Source of the DNA: Candidatus Obscuribacterales bacterium
GTDB taxonomy: Bacteria; Cyanobacteriota; Vampirovibrionia; Obscuribacterales; Obscuribacteraceae
Reading direction: 5' to 3'
Length of the DNA: 64,000 nt
Assembly (NCBI GenBank): GCA_965228855.1
Contig: CBDDIJ010000002.1
Span: 1,792,001 to 1,856,000 of the forward strand
Each line of letters starts with the position of its first letter. The stretch's first letter is position 1. The notes beneath the pieces were generated by a model. It had not been told where the DNA came from and searched no databases. It was given only the letters and a program-made list of their open reading frames with translations. The translations under genes were made by a program, and so were the position numbers. Shown piece by piece: positions 48,019 to 58,014 of the stretch.

Positions 48019-50367
48019 CTACTTTTTGCGAGACCGCTTAGCAGCTAGTTTTGCTGAATCTGCGTCGATGAATTCGTAGTAGTCCTGAACGCCTAGATGA
48101 AGTTGTTGTGTCACATTGCTGATTCGCTGGAGTTTGTCATGCCCCATTTTCCACGAATAGCGCGTATCAATGAATTTGAATTGCTTGCCAGCGATGTCCT
48201 GCCAACAACCGGGCGTTTTGCTATTTTGCAGAAGTTCGTGCGCGGTAAGTATGATCAATCTCAGCGGACGATCTAACTTCCGCCATTGCCGAAGTCCGCT
48301 CACTGCAATCGATCTCAAAGCTCGTTTCTCACGGTTTGTCAATTCCCGCCGCAGTGTTGCGAACACAAACGTCGCCCCTGGAAATAATCGCATCAATTCC
48401 TTGGCTCGTTTGAAATCACGCTCTTCAAATTTGTCGAACGTTTTGCATTCAGCAAAAACCATAGCGGGTTCAGCATCCCTGAGTCGTTCGGTAGTCTTCC
48501 ACCAGAGCGCCAAGTCAATTTCTAAATCGTTAGGCTTCCCTCGCTTCAGTTCAATGCCCGGATACCAAGAAATATCGTCCCCAATCGACCAACTGAAAAA
48601 TCGCGCTGTTAACAAAACGGTGTACGCACCACCAGCGAAGTCTGGCATGCTGAAGGGCCCCAGAGCCCGATACGACCAGTGGGCCTTCGATGGTTGATCC
48701 GCGGGGAACGGAAAACTTCGCAGACATCGATCACATGTGAGAACTTCAGCGAGACCTGACAGCGCAAACCAATTCTTTCTTCCGCATGACGAACAGTCCA
48801 GCTCGACTCCGATGCGCACGCTCTTTGCCTTCGTCATGAACTCCAGAATTCGTGGATAATGCCTATCCCCGCCGACAGAATGCGCTTGCTTTAGTCGACC
48901 GACCAACTGCTTGTACGTAAGACTATTTCCTTTTGACAGATGGTGAAAGGTGTTCAACACTTCGACTGAAGCAAGATAGTATGCCTTGCTTAGTCCTTCA
49001 CTGGCTCTAGTCAGTTCCAGCACGTTTGTTCCGGCTGCAGATCGGGCGACTGTAAACTTCCTGTCGGAGAACCATTTTTGAAAGACGTCCCAATGGCTCG
49101 GTAGCTCAAGATTCAGCGCATCCGTCTTGCCTGCGCAACCGACCACAAAGCCCTCTGAATTATTCCAGCTTGATGTTTTGTCGGCGGACATATAAGACGA
49201 CTGGGCGAATGAAAAATACGGCATGACTGTCGCCGCATCGAGCTCGTCGCTATCGTGCTTGGGCGAAAAAACATTAACCCAGTGACTGTAATAAAAGCCA
49301 AACTGATCTGATTCACGGATCCAGTTTGGGAAGAGTGGACTACAAGTTACTGTTGATGTGCCTGGCTGACGCGGCACAACATCTTTTGCGGCTTGGATAT
49401 CTCGCCGGAACGCTCTATCAGAATCGCGGTACTCCTTCCGCCAGATGCGTGGATGCCAACTTCTCACAATGAACTTTTTGCGGCCAGGTTTGATCTGCTT
49501 ATGAAAACTTTCAAAGTCCTGTTCTGAAATTGAGCGGCCACGCATGATCTGAACTTGCTCAGTTTTTGACTGAGCGATGAATTTGTTAGCTATTTTGACC
49601 GCCGAGTCGTTCCATTGCATAACTAAAGGAACCATTTTCCATCCCAAAGCACGCAAGTTCCAATAGTCCACAATGTCTATGAATGACCCAGCATCCATGT
49701 AGAAAAGGCTTGTTGCCTCGATTTCCTGGCGTTGGATATATCTCAGTCCGGATGAACCAAGCCAGAGAAGATTGGTTCCCTGCTGAAAGAAATGTTTGAG
49801 AGCTTCTTCCTCGTTCAGATCGATTTCGTTCGCTAAAAATAGCTCTTTTACGTCTTGAGTAACTTGTCCCCAAGCTCTGCGAGGAAACCGCCCTAATGTC
49901 GCCGCAGTAACCAACGACGTATCGGACACCGCGCGAGCAGCAATTGATACAGCGGGTTTCTCGGACTTGCCCGAATGAAGCTGCTTGTCGTAAACATTAC
50001 CTAGAAGCGAAATAATGCTTAGCCCATACCAGCCACCCGGCTCAAAAATCTTGTTGCCAGGCTGATACACCACGCGCTTGCTGAAAGGAAAGGGAATGCT
50101 CTCGGCTGCTTGATGATTTTCAGCGACAATGTAATCGGGCTCAAATGTTTCCAAATGTCCGAGCAGGATTTCTTGTGCGGATGGATTCTCAAATCTTCCG
50201 TCAGAGTAACCTTTGGGCCGGACCTTGTAGTTCGGGATGATCGGATTGAACATTCCGCCCCAAAGACACGTGTTGAGTTCGATGGCGCGTGCGAGTTGCC
50301 GAAAATCCCCGGGAGCGACAAGCGTCGCAAATCGTACTGGTCGCAATCGCCGGGGAATTTGCTGCAT
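48019..50367 (-). CDS. Large hypothetical protein with Zn ribbon and C-terminal PD-(D/E)xK-like domain
   Basis: CSSC...CDRC; EIDLAL...VFAECKT. Confidence 0.65.
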   Translation of the reverse strand: MQQIPRRLRPVRFATLVAPGDFRQLARAIELNTCLWGGMFNPIIPNYKVRPKGYSDGRFENPSAQEILLGHLETFEPDYIVAENHQAAESIPFPFSKRVVYQPGNKIFEPGGWYGLSIISLLGNVYDKQLHSGKSEKPAVSIAARAVSDTSLVTAATLGRFPRRAWGQVTQDVKELFLANEIDLNEEEALKHFFQQGTNLLWLGSSGLRYIQRQEIEATSLFYMDAGSFIDIVDYWNLRALGWKMVPLVMQWNDSAVKIANKFIAQSKTEQVQIMRGRSISEQDFESFHKQIKPGRKKFIVRSWHPRIWRKEYRDSDRAFRRDIQAAKDVVPRQPGTSTVTCSPLFPNWIRESDQFGFYYSHWVNVFSPKHDSDELDAATVMPYFSFAQSSYMSADKTSSWNNSEGFVVGCAGKTDALNLELPSHWDVFQKWFSDRKFTVARSAAGTNVLELTRASEGLSKAYYLASVEVLNTFHHLSKGNSLTYKQLVGRLKQAHSVGGDRHYPRILEFMTKAKSVRIGVELDCSSCGRKNWFALSGLAEVLTCDRCLRSFPFPADQPSKAHWSYRALGPFSMPDFAGGAYTVLLTARFFSWSIGDDISWYPGIELKRGKPNDLEIDLALWWKTTERLRDAEPAMVFAECKTFDKFEERDFKRAKELMRLFPGATFVFATLRRELTNREKRALRSIAVSGLRQWRKLDRPLRLIILTAHELLQNSKTPGCWQDIAGKQFKFIDTRYSWKMGHDKLQRISNVTQQLHLGVQDYYEFIDADSAKLAAKRSRKK

Positions 50368-50369
50368 GA

Positions 50370-52208
50370 TCAGTTCGCTTGACGTGGCGCGCCCGACATC
50401 AACGCTTCTAGATGATCATAAGCAGCGTTGTACGTTTCGCCATCGAGCCGAAGCAGATCATCGATTATCCATTCTTGCAGCGGACGTTCGGACAGCAGGA
50501 ATCGAACGTCCTTCTGCCCCTGACGCGCAGTTCTAAACAGTTTGCCGTTGATCGAGATTGTCAATCCTTGCGTCGAGTTTCTTCCGCTTGGCTCACCTAA
50601 ATACAATTCAGCTTTCGGATGACTCCGCTCAGGGTCTCGCAACCAACACTCTGTGAGCTTCGGACGTGTGGCTCCCTCAGAGAATTTATCGAAATCAAGA
50701 AAGTAGGCGAATGCAGTTGACGGGTTTAAGAACTTGCCTTGAAGTAACCGAGAAAGACCGTTTACCTCGACAAATGACCAATATTCTTGAAACAAATTCG
50801 AGATGATTTGACGCAGATTGTACTCAAGCAACTCCCGATGCTCATGACCAGGCAACAAGCAGATCGGCATACCGCCACATTGCTTATACGGGCGCTGGAT
50901 AGTATCTACGCCCATACCCCTAAGAGTTTCTACCGACTCAACCAACTGGCGCAAGTACATGTGGGAAAAGTATAAACACGGATACGACTGTACCTGCCCG
51001 GCTTGTATTGCTTGTACAACTTCCGCCTGCGATACCTGCGCGACGTGCGGGTAATCACCCATAAAGAGCCCATCAAGCGTAGGAATCTGTTGATCTCCGT
51101 TTGGATCGAATGCTAAGCCGTGTTTTTTCAGCGCCTGTTCATACCAAGCGGGTAGGTATGTCGTGGCACCATACGCGACGTCGTCGAGCTTCAATACTGA
51201 ATTAGCTTTTAGTCCCATGGCAAGACCGAAGCGATCAACGAATGCGAAGATGGTTTCCGCGCATAGCATTTGGCCACCAAGCCGGAAAAGACGATTCTGA
51301 AATCCGGTCCGATATACTTGGTAGAGAAAATCCTTTGCCATCAGATCAGGCCGAAGCAGATCAGATCTGCCAATCGTCTTACTGGAAAGCCCCTCATTTA
51401 GTCCATCGATAGAAAACTGACTAATACTGGTGGCACCACGAGCAGTATCACCGTCTCTCTCAAATTCTAGTCCTTTGGGCACCTGGACGAGTAAAGGACC
51501 GTTACTGCATTTTTCGACGGCATATTCTCGAAAAGTAACCGATTCAATGTCGTGGCTGAATAAGGCAACTCCAAACTTCCAAACGTTCGGAAAAAGGACG
51601 GGCTTCAGAACCTTGAACTCGGAGTCCAGTCCGGTGTTTATGGTATCCACATATAGTTGAAAAGCGCCAACAAGATCGCTTGGGATTCCAGAGAGCGACA
51701 GTTCGTGCAATATCTCAGTGCGCAGTATGTGCGCTCCCTTAAATAAGGCCTGATACTGCTGCAGAATCACTTTCCACATTTGAATGTATTGATGTGAGTC
51801 CGTGATTACATCTGTCTGTTGATCGAAATGAACTGTAAACGTCTGTTGTTCTGGTCTGTACTCGGGCATCGAGTGATGTATGTGTTTCCAGTACACATCA
51901 CCGCCTTCGACATCAACGCACACGAGAAGAATAGGTGCGAAACAGATCCTGCTGTAGGCAACCAGTGACGTCGGGCATGGATAGCTTGTTTTGCCCCTTC
52001 CTATTGCTTTAACCTGTACTTCAAACTTGCCCACCGGCACGCGTCTCGAATCAACTAATGTCAACGTACCATCAGTATTTGGCGTTTTGTCCCGGGTCTG
52101 CACGTCCGCCTTTACTACATTTGAATCTATGCGTTCACAAAAGATGGTGACGGCGCGAAATTCGGCCGTATCTGTCTGAGGATAGGTCGCTGGCTCTGGT
52201 TCACGCAT
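50370..52208 (-). CDS. DUF4365-like nuclease-domain protein
   Basis: DKTPNTDG.L.......FEVQVK, PILLVCVD...VYW; ATG overlaps the upstream stop (ATGCGTGA). Confidence 0.65.
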   Translation of the reverse strand: MREPEPATYPQTDTAEFRAVTIFCERIDSNVVKADVQTRDKTPNTDGTLTLVDSRRVPVGKFEVQVKAIGRGKTSYPCPTSLVAYSRICFAPILLVCVDVEGGDVYWKHIHHSMPEYRPEQQTFTVHFDQQTDVITDSHQYIQMWKVILQQYQALFKGAHILRTEILHELSLSGIPSDLVGAFQLYVDTINTGLDSEFKVLKPVLFPNVWKFGVALFSHDIESVTFREYAVEKCSNGPLLVQVPKGLEFERDGDTARGATSISQFSIDGLNEGLSSKTIGRSDLLRPDLMAKDFLYQVYRTGFQNRLFRLGGQMLCAETIFAFVDRFGLAMGLKANSVLKLDDVAYGATTYLPAWYEQALKKHGLAFDPNGDQQIPTLDGLFMGDYPHVAQVSQAEVVQAIQAGQVQSYPCLYFSHMYLRQLVESVETLRGMGVDTIQRPYKQCGGMPICLLPGHEHRELLEYNLRQIISNLFQEYWSFVEVNGLSRLLQGKFLNPSTAFAYFLDFDKFSEGATRPKLTECWLRDPERSHPKAELYLGEPSGRNSTQGLTISINGKLFRTARQGQKDVRFLLSERPLQEWIIDDLLRLDGETYNAAYDHLEALMSGAPRQAN

Positions 52209-53202
52209 CTCGGGCGACTCCAAATTCGAACCAGTTTTCGCTCTCTGGACGTTCCTCCTTAGCACTGCTACCTTGAACAAATGGAACTATCTGTTGGCTA
52301 GAGAGCACCGCATCTCCCTTCTTTAGCGCGCCTCTAAAAACGACACTCTCGATCCGAAAGTTCCGATTCTTTTGAATGAACATGGGTACCCATTCATGCG
52401 CATCCCGATAAAAGACAAGGTCCTCCGCGCTCTGCACGACTATTCGATTTATGTTTCTGACTTGCTCCCTCGTCGCAGAGTACATACGGAATTTGACCTC
52501 CGCCGGCGTCGGCCGATTCTTTACCTCAGGGTCTGGCTTGATACGAACCGCGACTTTAGGTGTTAGCGGAATCACCTTATTGTTGATGTTCGTGAATCGG
52601 TTAGACGGCTCAAGCCCAATCGGGTAGTCGCTCGTAAAAAATGGACTTTCATCGAATTCATTGTGAATGATTTCCCAATCGCATTTACCTAGAATCGCGG
52701 TTGTTTTCTCGATGTTCTGAATGCCGAATGCTTGCGGATATTTCCCGTCAATTCGTATCTCGGCTGCTCCGTCTTCGATCATTTGATCAATGCTGACGCC
52801 ATGGAGCCGGGGAACAATCCCTTTGCGATCAAGAATTTTCGCCGTTGACGTGAGCAGTTGCCGCAGGAACGGCGCGTGCAATCTCATTGATGTGGGAGAG
52901 CACGAGCTTATGCATGAAACAAGCCCAGCAATAGCTCGAACGGTTTCATGATCAACACGCCCAACTGAAAGATTGCTTACAGCATCGTTATATCTCGGCT
53001 CAAACTCTTCCAGAAAGCCTTCAATCATCCGATCATCAGCAAGATATCGATTGGTGCTGCCGTCTTGAATTGCACATACCGCCTTCGTTCCGGGAGTAAA
53101 TGTCTTCAGATCGCTCTTGCGAATCGCGTGCAATCGTCCCCCGGACGGCAAAGATACCCATCCCTTGAGATGCACCTGCGGAACATAATGATCTAGTGGC
53201 AC
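52201..53202 (-). CDS. DUF4238-family protein
   Basis: N-terminal DHYVPQ.HLK.W, FFTSDYP, PLTPK. Confidence 0.75.
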   Translation of the reverse strand: MPLDHYVPQVHLKGWVSLPSGGRLHAIRKSDLKTFTPGTKAVCAIQDGSTNRYLADDRMIEGFLEEFEPRYNDAVSNLSVGRVDHETVRAIAGLVSCISSCSPTSMRLHAPFLRQLLTSTAKILDRKGIVPRLHGVSIDQMIEDGAAEIRIDGKYPQAFGIQNIEKTTAILGKCDWEIIHNEFDESPFFTSDYPIGLEPSNRFTNINNKVIPLTPKVAVRIKPDPEVKNRPTPAEVKFRMYSATREQVRNINRIVVQSAEDLVFYRDAHEWVPMFIQKNRNFRIESVVFRGALKKGDAVLSSQQIVPFVQGSSAKEERPESENWFEFGVARDA

Positions 53203-53471
53203 TTTCGGTCCTCACGATTAACGACGTATGGCATTCGAAAACGGGCCATCAGCCGAGAACCCTCTATTGTCGCGCGTAAGCAAGCGGATATCAAGCGCGC
53301 CAATTGATATCGACTCGCAATCCAGTGCATATCCACCTACCTCTAGAGAGCACTAGCTCGGTCATGGCACAAAGCCGTGGCACATGACGGCGCGGACGTA
53401 TCCGATACTGCCTATGGTGGCATCGCGACAATTGGATCGCCAGCGCAAGTCGCTACGGGTACGGCAAAGGG

Positions 53472-53649
53472 TAAGGCGTGCGCTAGGCATAACGCTAGGC
53501 GTGGGTTAGGCAATGGGTTAGGCGAGATTAGCGACGCTACCGTAGCTCTCTTGATTCGCGCGAATAGAAACGATAGACGAACTTCGTTGATTGAGCTTTC
53601 TCAAGCTCGACGATGCTAATCGCGTTTGCATTAGGCATTGCATTAGGCG
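53472..53649. repeat. Array of TAGGC-core repeats (arm-type sites), right end
   Basis: TA(A)GGC at 53472, 53484, 53496, 53507, 53519 plus the 25-bp repeat at 53625-53649. Confidence 0.7.
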
Positions 53650-53671
53650 CGCACTTTTTACCTACCCCAAT

Positions 53672-53706
53672 AAAAAACCGCCGGTTCTTTCGAGACCGGC
53701 GGTTTT
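53672..53706 (-). terminator. Element-borne terminator downstream of tRNA-Met
   Basis: AAAACCGCCGGT-loop-ACCGGCGGTTTT. Confidence 0.8.
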
Positions 53707-53720
53707 ACTAGGCTTTTAAT

Positions 53721-53797
<77 letters not shown>

Positions 53798-54015
53798 ACC
53801 TACAAGTATCGCCGATCGCCCCCAGCTAAGCAAACCCATCGCGACATTTACTTCGCCTCGTAGTGGTAACATAAACTGTGCACGCTGACGGGCTGCGGTT
53901 TCCGGCGCGATTTGTTTTGGTTCATGAACGGTAACGTTGATGTTGTAAGGAGATCGCCATCCGCAAAATGCGCTCCGCGAGTGTCTTTATAGTGGATTGG
54001 TGAAAGAGCAGGGAA

Positions 54016-54468
54016 ATGAAAGCAGTTTTGCAACGGGTTTCGTCCGCGTCTGTAACGGTTGATGGTCAAATTGTCGGCGAAATAGGTAAGGGTTTGCTCA
54101 TACTTGTCGGCGTCGAGCAGGGCGACACCGATGCGGACAGCACCTATCTTGCGCAGAAGACCGTAGAGCTGCGCATATTCAATGATAACGACGGCAAGAT
54201 GAACCTCTCGCTCGCCGATGTTGGCGGTCAAGCGTTGATTGTGTCGCAGTTTACGCTGATTGCGGACTGGAAGAAGGGGCGCAGACCGGGTTTCAGCCGC
54301 GCCGCGAAACCGGAAGAGGGCAAAAGGCTTTACGAGCACTACGTTGAGTGCATTCGCAACCAAGGCATAACCGGCGGAACCGGCATTTTTGGCGCTCATA
54401 TGGAGGTCGCGCTGGTCAACGACGGACCGGTAACCTTGCTTCTGGAGACGGAATCGAAGTCTGTTTGA
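54016..54468 (+). CDS. dtd: D-aminoacyl-tRNA deacylase
   Basis: MKAVLQRV, SQFTL, NDGPVT. Confidence 0.97.
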   Translation: MKAVLQRVSSASVTVDGQIVGEIGKGLLILVGVEQGDTDADSTYLAQKTVELRIFNDNDGKMNLSLADVGGQALIVSQFTLIADWKKGRRPGFSRAAKPEEGKRLYEHYVECIRNQGITGGTGIFGAHMEVALVNDGPVTLLLETESKSV

Positions 54469-54572
54469 GAATTAGTTAAGCTGCGGCGCGCCGTCCATGA
54501 ACTGCTTTTAGGCTGTCGCATGGCAACCTCGTAGTATATTTGGTTGCAATGTAGAACCAAGTCAGGGCAACC

Positions 54573-55568
54573 ATGAAAAATCCTTCCAAGGCAATCGGAG
54601 TGGCAATCGGCGTTATTGCCGGTTTGGGCATCTCAACTGGCTGTGCGAATGCGGGCTCTTCTTTCGAAGACAACGACATCGCGCCATTCATCAGCGGTTC
54701 CGGTGATAAATCGAGACCTTCCACATTTTCGGATGAACTGCCGAAGGTGCAAAAGCCAGTCGTGAAAGCGGCTCCCAGGGCGGCGGTGAAGGTTCCTCAC
54801 CGCACAAGCAACGCCTGGCGCCCCGCGTATGAGGAAGAGGAAACCCCCGCGACTGAGGAAGAAGAGGAAGAGGACGACGACGATCTTTCTATAGAAGAGA
54901 AAGCGGCGAAGCAGCAAGCGAAGCTCGAGAAGAAAATCGCTGAGGAAAACGCGCTTCCCACGTCCGACGACCCTGACTACTATTACAAGCGCGCTCAGTT
55001 CTACATGGGCAAGAAGCATTACAAACAGGCGCTTCTCGACATCAATGAGTGCATGAAACTCAAGCCTGATTACTGGGAAGCTCGCTACCTGGGCGCCTAT
55101 ATTTTGCAACTGCAAGGTCGCACGAACGAAGCAATCGAGCACTACAAAAAGTACGTTGCTGTTCGGCAGCATGACATTCAAGCGCGCATCAATCTTGGAA
55201 CTCTTCTCCGGAAAGCCGGTGATTATGCGGATGCCGAAGAGCAGTACAAGAAAGCGATCGAGATCAATTTCTATTCTTTCCCGGCGCACTACAATCTCGC
55301 CAATGTGCTGATCGATCAGCACAAGAACGAAGATGCGCTCAAAGAACTAAAAGCATGTATGAAACTGCAACCGCGCAACGCCTGGGTTCATAACAATCTC
55401 GGCGTGATTTATCAAAAGCGCAATTATCTAGAAGAGGCTGAAGAGGAGTTTGTTCGCGCATTGCGTCTCGACCCCGCTAACAAAACCTTCGAGCAAAATC
55501 TTGCCTTGCTCAGGCAGCGCAAGAGTCAGAACAAAGAGATGCGAGCCGACGCGGCAGATCTGCTCTAA
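54573..55568 (+). CDS. Secreted TPR protein
   Basis: Signal-like N-terminus, acidic linker, ~5 TPRs. Confidence 0.85.
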   Translation: MKNPSKAIGVAIGVIAGLGISTGCANAGSSFEDNDIAPFISGSGDKSRPSTFSDELPKVQKPVVKAAPRAAVKVPHRTSNAWRPAYEEEETPATEEEEEEDDDDLSIEEKAAKQQAKLEKKIAEENALPTSDDPDYYYKRAQFYMGKKHYKQALLDINECMKLKPDYWEARYLGAYILQLQGRTNEAIEHYKKYVAVRQHDIQARINLGTLLRKAGDYADAEEQYKKAIEINFYSFPAHYNLANVLIDQHKNEDALKELKACMKLQPRNAWVHNNLGVIYQKRNYLEEAEEEFVRALRLDPANKTFEQNLALLRQRKSQNKEMRADAADLL

Positions 55569-55570
55569 AG

Positions 55571-56350
55571 CTACTGCACCTTAATCGAACCGACCAGTGC
55601 GTCGAGTTCCGCAATGGTTGGTGTGAATGTGGTATCACTCAATTTATTGAGTTTTTCTTGCTGCGCCTTCGAATAAGTCTCGTAATTCTTGCTGAACGCA
55701 TCGTACTTCTCTTTGCTGTAGGTCTCGATATTGCCCTTGTCCGGCAGCGATTTCGTTTTGATCGGAATCATCGCAGAGACGAAATATTTTCCGTCCGCGC
55801 TAAGACCTTGCATCGAATAAATCAGTCCATCGTTCGACATCACGTTTGGTTCAATTTGATAGGTCGCCAGATATCGCACTCCGGAGCCGTTCTTGAACGA
55901 AACATATTTGACTTTGGAATGAATCGGAGTTGACGCATCCTCCCACGGCAGGAAAGGAACGTCTTTGGGCGCCGCCGGCTTCTTCTTCAGAAGAGCGCCG
56001 AGATCCCTTGTTGCGTCTGCGACTGTTGGGTAGGAAGTGCGAAAGTTTTTCACTTTCGCGTCTGCTGTTGGTATCACATAAAGGTGTGCATTCGTTTTAC
56101 CGAATGTGATTTCCCAATGTTCCGGTGCTACGCCGTCCGGCTTGTCATCAGGAGTTTCGAGTGGGGAAGCCGCTACTTTTTTCGAGGAAAATTTCCCGCC
56201 CATCGTCATCGGATAGCTGAAGGAAACTCCTTTCGAATTGAAGTTGACCATCCCCTCTGCGGCTCGCGCGTCGCTGGTCGAAATCGTTCCAGCTGCAGCG
56301 AGTAGTGTAAGCAAACAAAGGTTTCTTCTAAGCATTCCAATCGGCTCCAT
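55571..56350 (-). CDS. Secreted hypothetical protein
   Basis: Signal peptide (ARA-A); GVRYL...Y..QGLS.DGKYFV. Confidence 0.7.
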   Translation of the reverse strand: MEPIGMLRRNLCLLTLLAAAGTISTSDARAAEGMVNFNSKGVSFSYPMTMGGKFSSKKVAASPLETPDDKPDGVAPEHWEITFGKTNAHLYVIPTADAKVKNFRTSYPTVADATRDLGALLKKKPAAPKDVPFLPWEDASTPIHSKVKYVSFKNGSGVRYLATYQIEPNVMSNDGLIYSMQGLSADGKYFVSAMIPIKTKSLPDKGNIETYSKEKYDAFSKNYETYSKAQQEKLNKLSDTTFTPTIAELDALVGSIKVQ

Positions 56351-56413
56351 CGGCAGTTGCGCTAACAGCCTATGAGTATATCGCGATTGAATTGCTGGCA
56401 GCAGGTCCTCTGT

Positions 56414-56902
56414 TTAGCGACGATTGCCGTGCTTGAAGATGTTCAGATCTATGTGGATATCAACGTTGCCGTTGCCGCCCCGTCCATAACCGCCTGGTGG
56501 GTGTCCTTGTGGGAAGCGACCCGGTGGATATTGGGGATACTGGTTCGGATATCGGTCGCCGTAATAGCGCGGCGGGGTGTTGTCGATGATTCGAATGTCG
56601 TCCCAGAGTCCGTTGCGGCGGTCAGGTCGACCGAGGTAGATATCGCCTCCGACGCCTTTGCGGTCGCGTTGTTCGACTTCGCGGACCAGATACTTTTGAC
56701 CTTCAAAATCGAGTTGATTGAGATCGTTGTTGAGTCTTTGAACGGCGCGGTTGATGTTACCGCTATCCAGTTCTCTTGCGATTTGCCATGCTTCTTGCTG
56801 CAGCGGGTTTGGTCCCTGGTGGTGTCGTCGGTCGTCTCCAAAAACGTCGCGCGCTACCCGGCCCAGGTCAACATGAATGCCAAGGTCAAAGTCTTTGCCC
56901 AT
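56414..56902 (-). CDS. Hypothetical protein with Gly/Pro/Tyr-rich tail
   Basis: GAGGA RBS; coherent 162-aa ORF. Confidence 0.65.
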   Translation of the reverse strand: MGKDFDLGIHVDLGRVARDVFGDDRRHHQGPNPLQQEAWQIARELDSGNINRAVQRLNNDLNQLDFEGQKYLVREVEQRDRKGVGGDIYLGRPDRRNGLWDDIRIIDNTPPRYYGDRYPNQYPQYPPGRFPQGHPPGGYGRGGNGNVDIHIDLNIFKHGNRR

Positions 56903-57065
56903 GGTTGGTATTCCTCAAATTTTGTGATTACAGAACAGCAGTGTTTGGATATTTTGGTTGATGCCAAGAAGAAGCACAAGGGGAAATTTACGCAAATCGC
57001 GAGTGTCGCGAACGGTCATTTAGAGAATTTCGAATGTGTTTTCCTTGAGTGTTCTTGCATTGTAA

Positions 57066-57170
57066 TTTCGATTTGGATCATTTCCGTGGAACTGGAAAGT
57101 TATTTCGAATTGGATCATTTCCGTGGAACCGGAAAGTTGTTTCGAAGAATCTTTCCCTTGGAACCAGGAG
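57066..57170. repeat. 37-bp tandem repeat (2 near-identical copies plus 1 degenerate)
   Basis: TTTCGAwTTGGATCATTTCCGTGGAACyGGAAAGTTr at 57066 and 57103; decayed copy at 57140. Confidence 0.85.
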
Positions 57171-57215
57171 ATGCTTTGTACGGCACTACCGACTGGGCGC
57201 TCAAACCGCCTGCGC

Positions 57216-58007
57216 CTATCCGACTTCCAGGCCCGCAGGCAGGTCATTCAGCCAGCGCACTCGCGTCGTGATCGAGCCGTTCGGACCGAGAGACAGCACC
57301 CGATAGCCCGGCGGCAGCGGCGCTATGCTGACACCCTGATCCTCGACCTTGAATTGAATGCAGGTCGACGGACTCGCATATAAAGGAACACCGTTGCGAC
57401 TCAGCTGATACTCGCCGTGAACGTGACCCCAGAGCACGCCGCGAACATTTTTGTGCTTGTCCAGCAATCTGAAGAACGCGCCTGCGTTTTCTAAACCTTT
57501 ATCGTCCTCTGGAATTTTTGCAATCGGAATTGCATTGTGGTGCAAACAGACAAGAGCGTTTAAATCGGCGTAGCGCGAAAGTTCTTCATCGAGCCGAGCG
57601 AGTTCCTCATCACTGAGCCGACCTTCGACGTTCTGCGGCAGAACTGAATCAAGCAAAACAAACAACCAATTACCTGCCGAAAAACTTCTGTCGTGCCGAA
57701 TGTTTGACTGCGAGCCTTTTTTAAAGGCCCACTTCATTGTTTCAAAACAGTCGTGATTGCCCGGAAGGAAATAAACAGGTACATTGGCTGGCTCGATAAT
57801 TTCGCGCACGCGTTCATAAGACTGAGAGGTTTCATCCATAGAAACATCGCCAGTCAGTAAGATGAAATCCGGCGAGCCTTCATTGGCAAGCGCGTGTTCG
57901 ACCGTTTCCCTGAACGTGTCATACGTGTCCACGCCCCGCATTCGGCTCGAAGAATCCCCGTATAGATGCGTATCGGTGAACTGAAGAACCGTGAGGGTTT
58001 TCGTCAT
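57216..58007 (-). CDS. cpdA: 3',5'-cyclic-nucleotide phosphodiesterase (CpdA/Icc-like)
   Basis: TDTH, TGD, PGNHD, HH, GHVH, PSTCIQF. Confidence 0.85.
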   Translation of the reverse strand: MTKTLTVLQFTDTHLYGDSSSRMRGVDTYDTFRETVEHALANEGSPDFILLTGDVSMDETSQSYERVREIIEPANVPVYFLPGNHDCFETMKWAFKKGSQSNIRHDRSFSAGNWLFVLLDSVLPQNVEGRLSDEELARLDEELSRYADLNALVCLHHNAIPIAKIPEDDKGLENAGAFFRLLDKHKNVRGVLWGHVHGEYQLSRNGVPLYASPSTCIQFKVEDQGVSIAPLPPGYRVLSLGPNGSITTRVRWLNDLPAGLEVG

Positions 58008-58014
58008 TGAGTTA

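Noticed and set aside
53377..53619. 80-aa ORF near the right att
   Set aside because: Coincides with the TAGGC repeat array; likely non-coding.
57066..57170. CRISPR array (37-bp palindromic unit)
   Set aside because: Units are contiguous with no spacers, and no cas genes are present.
56372..57271. 299-aa plus-strand ORF
   Set aside because: Antisense shadow of 56414-56902 that runs through the tandem repeat; no motif.
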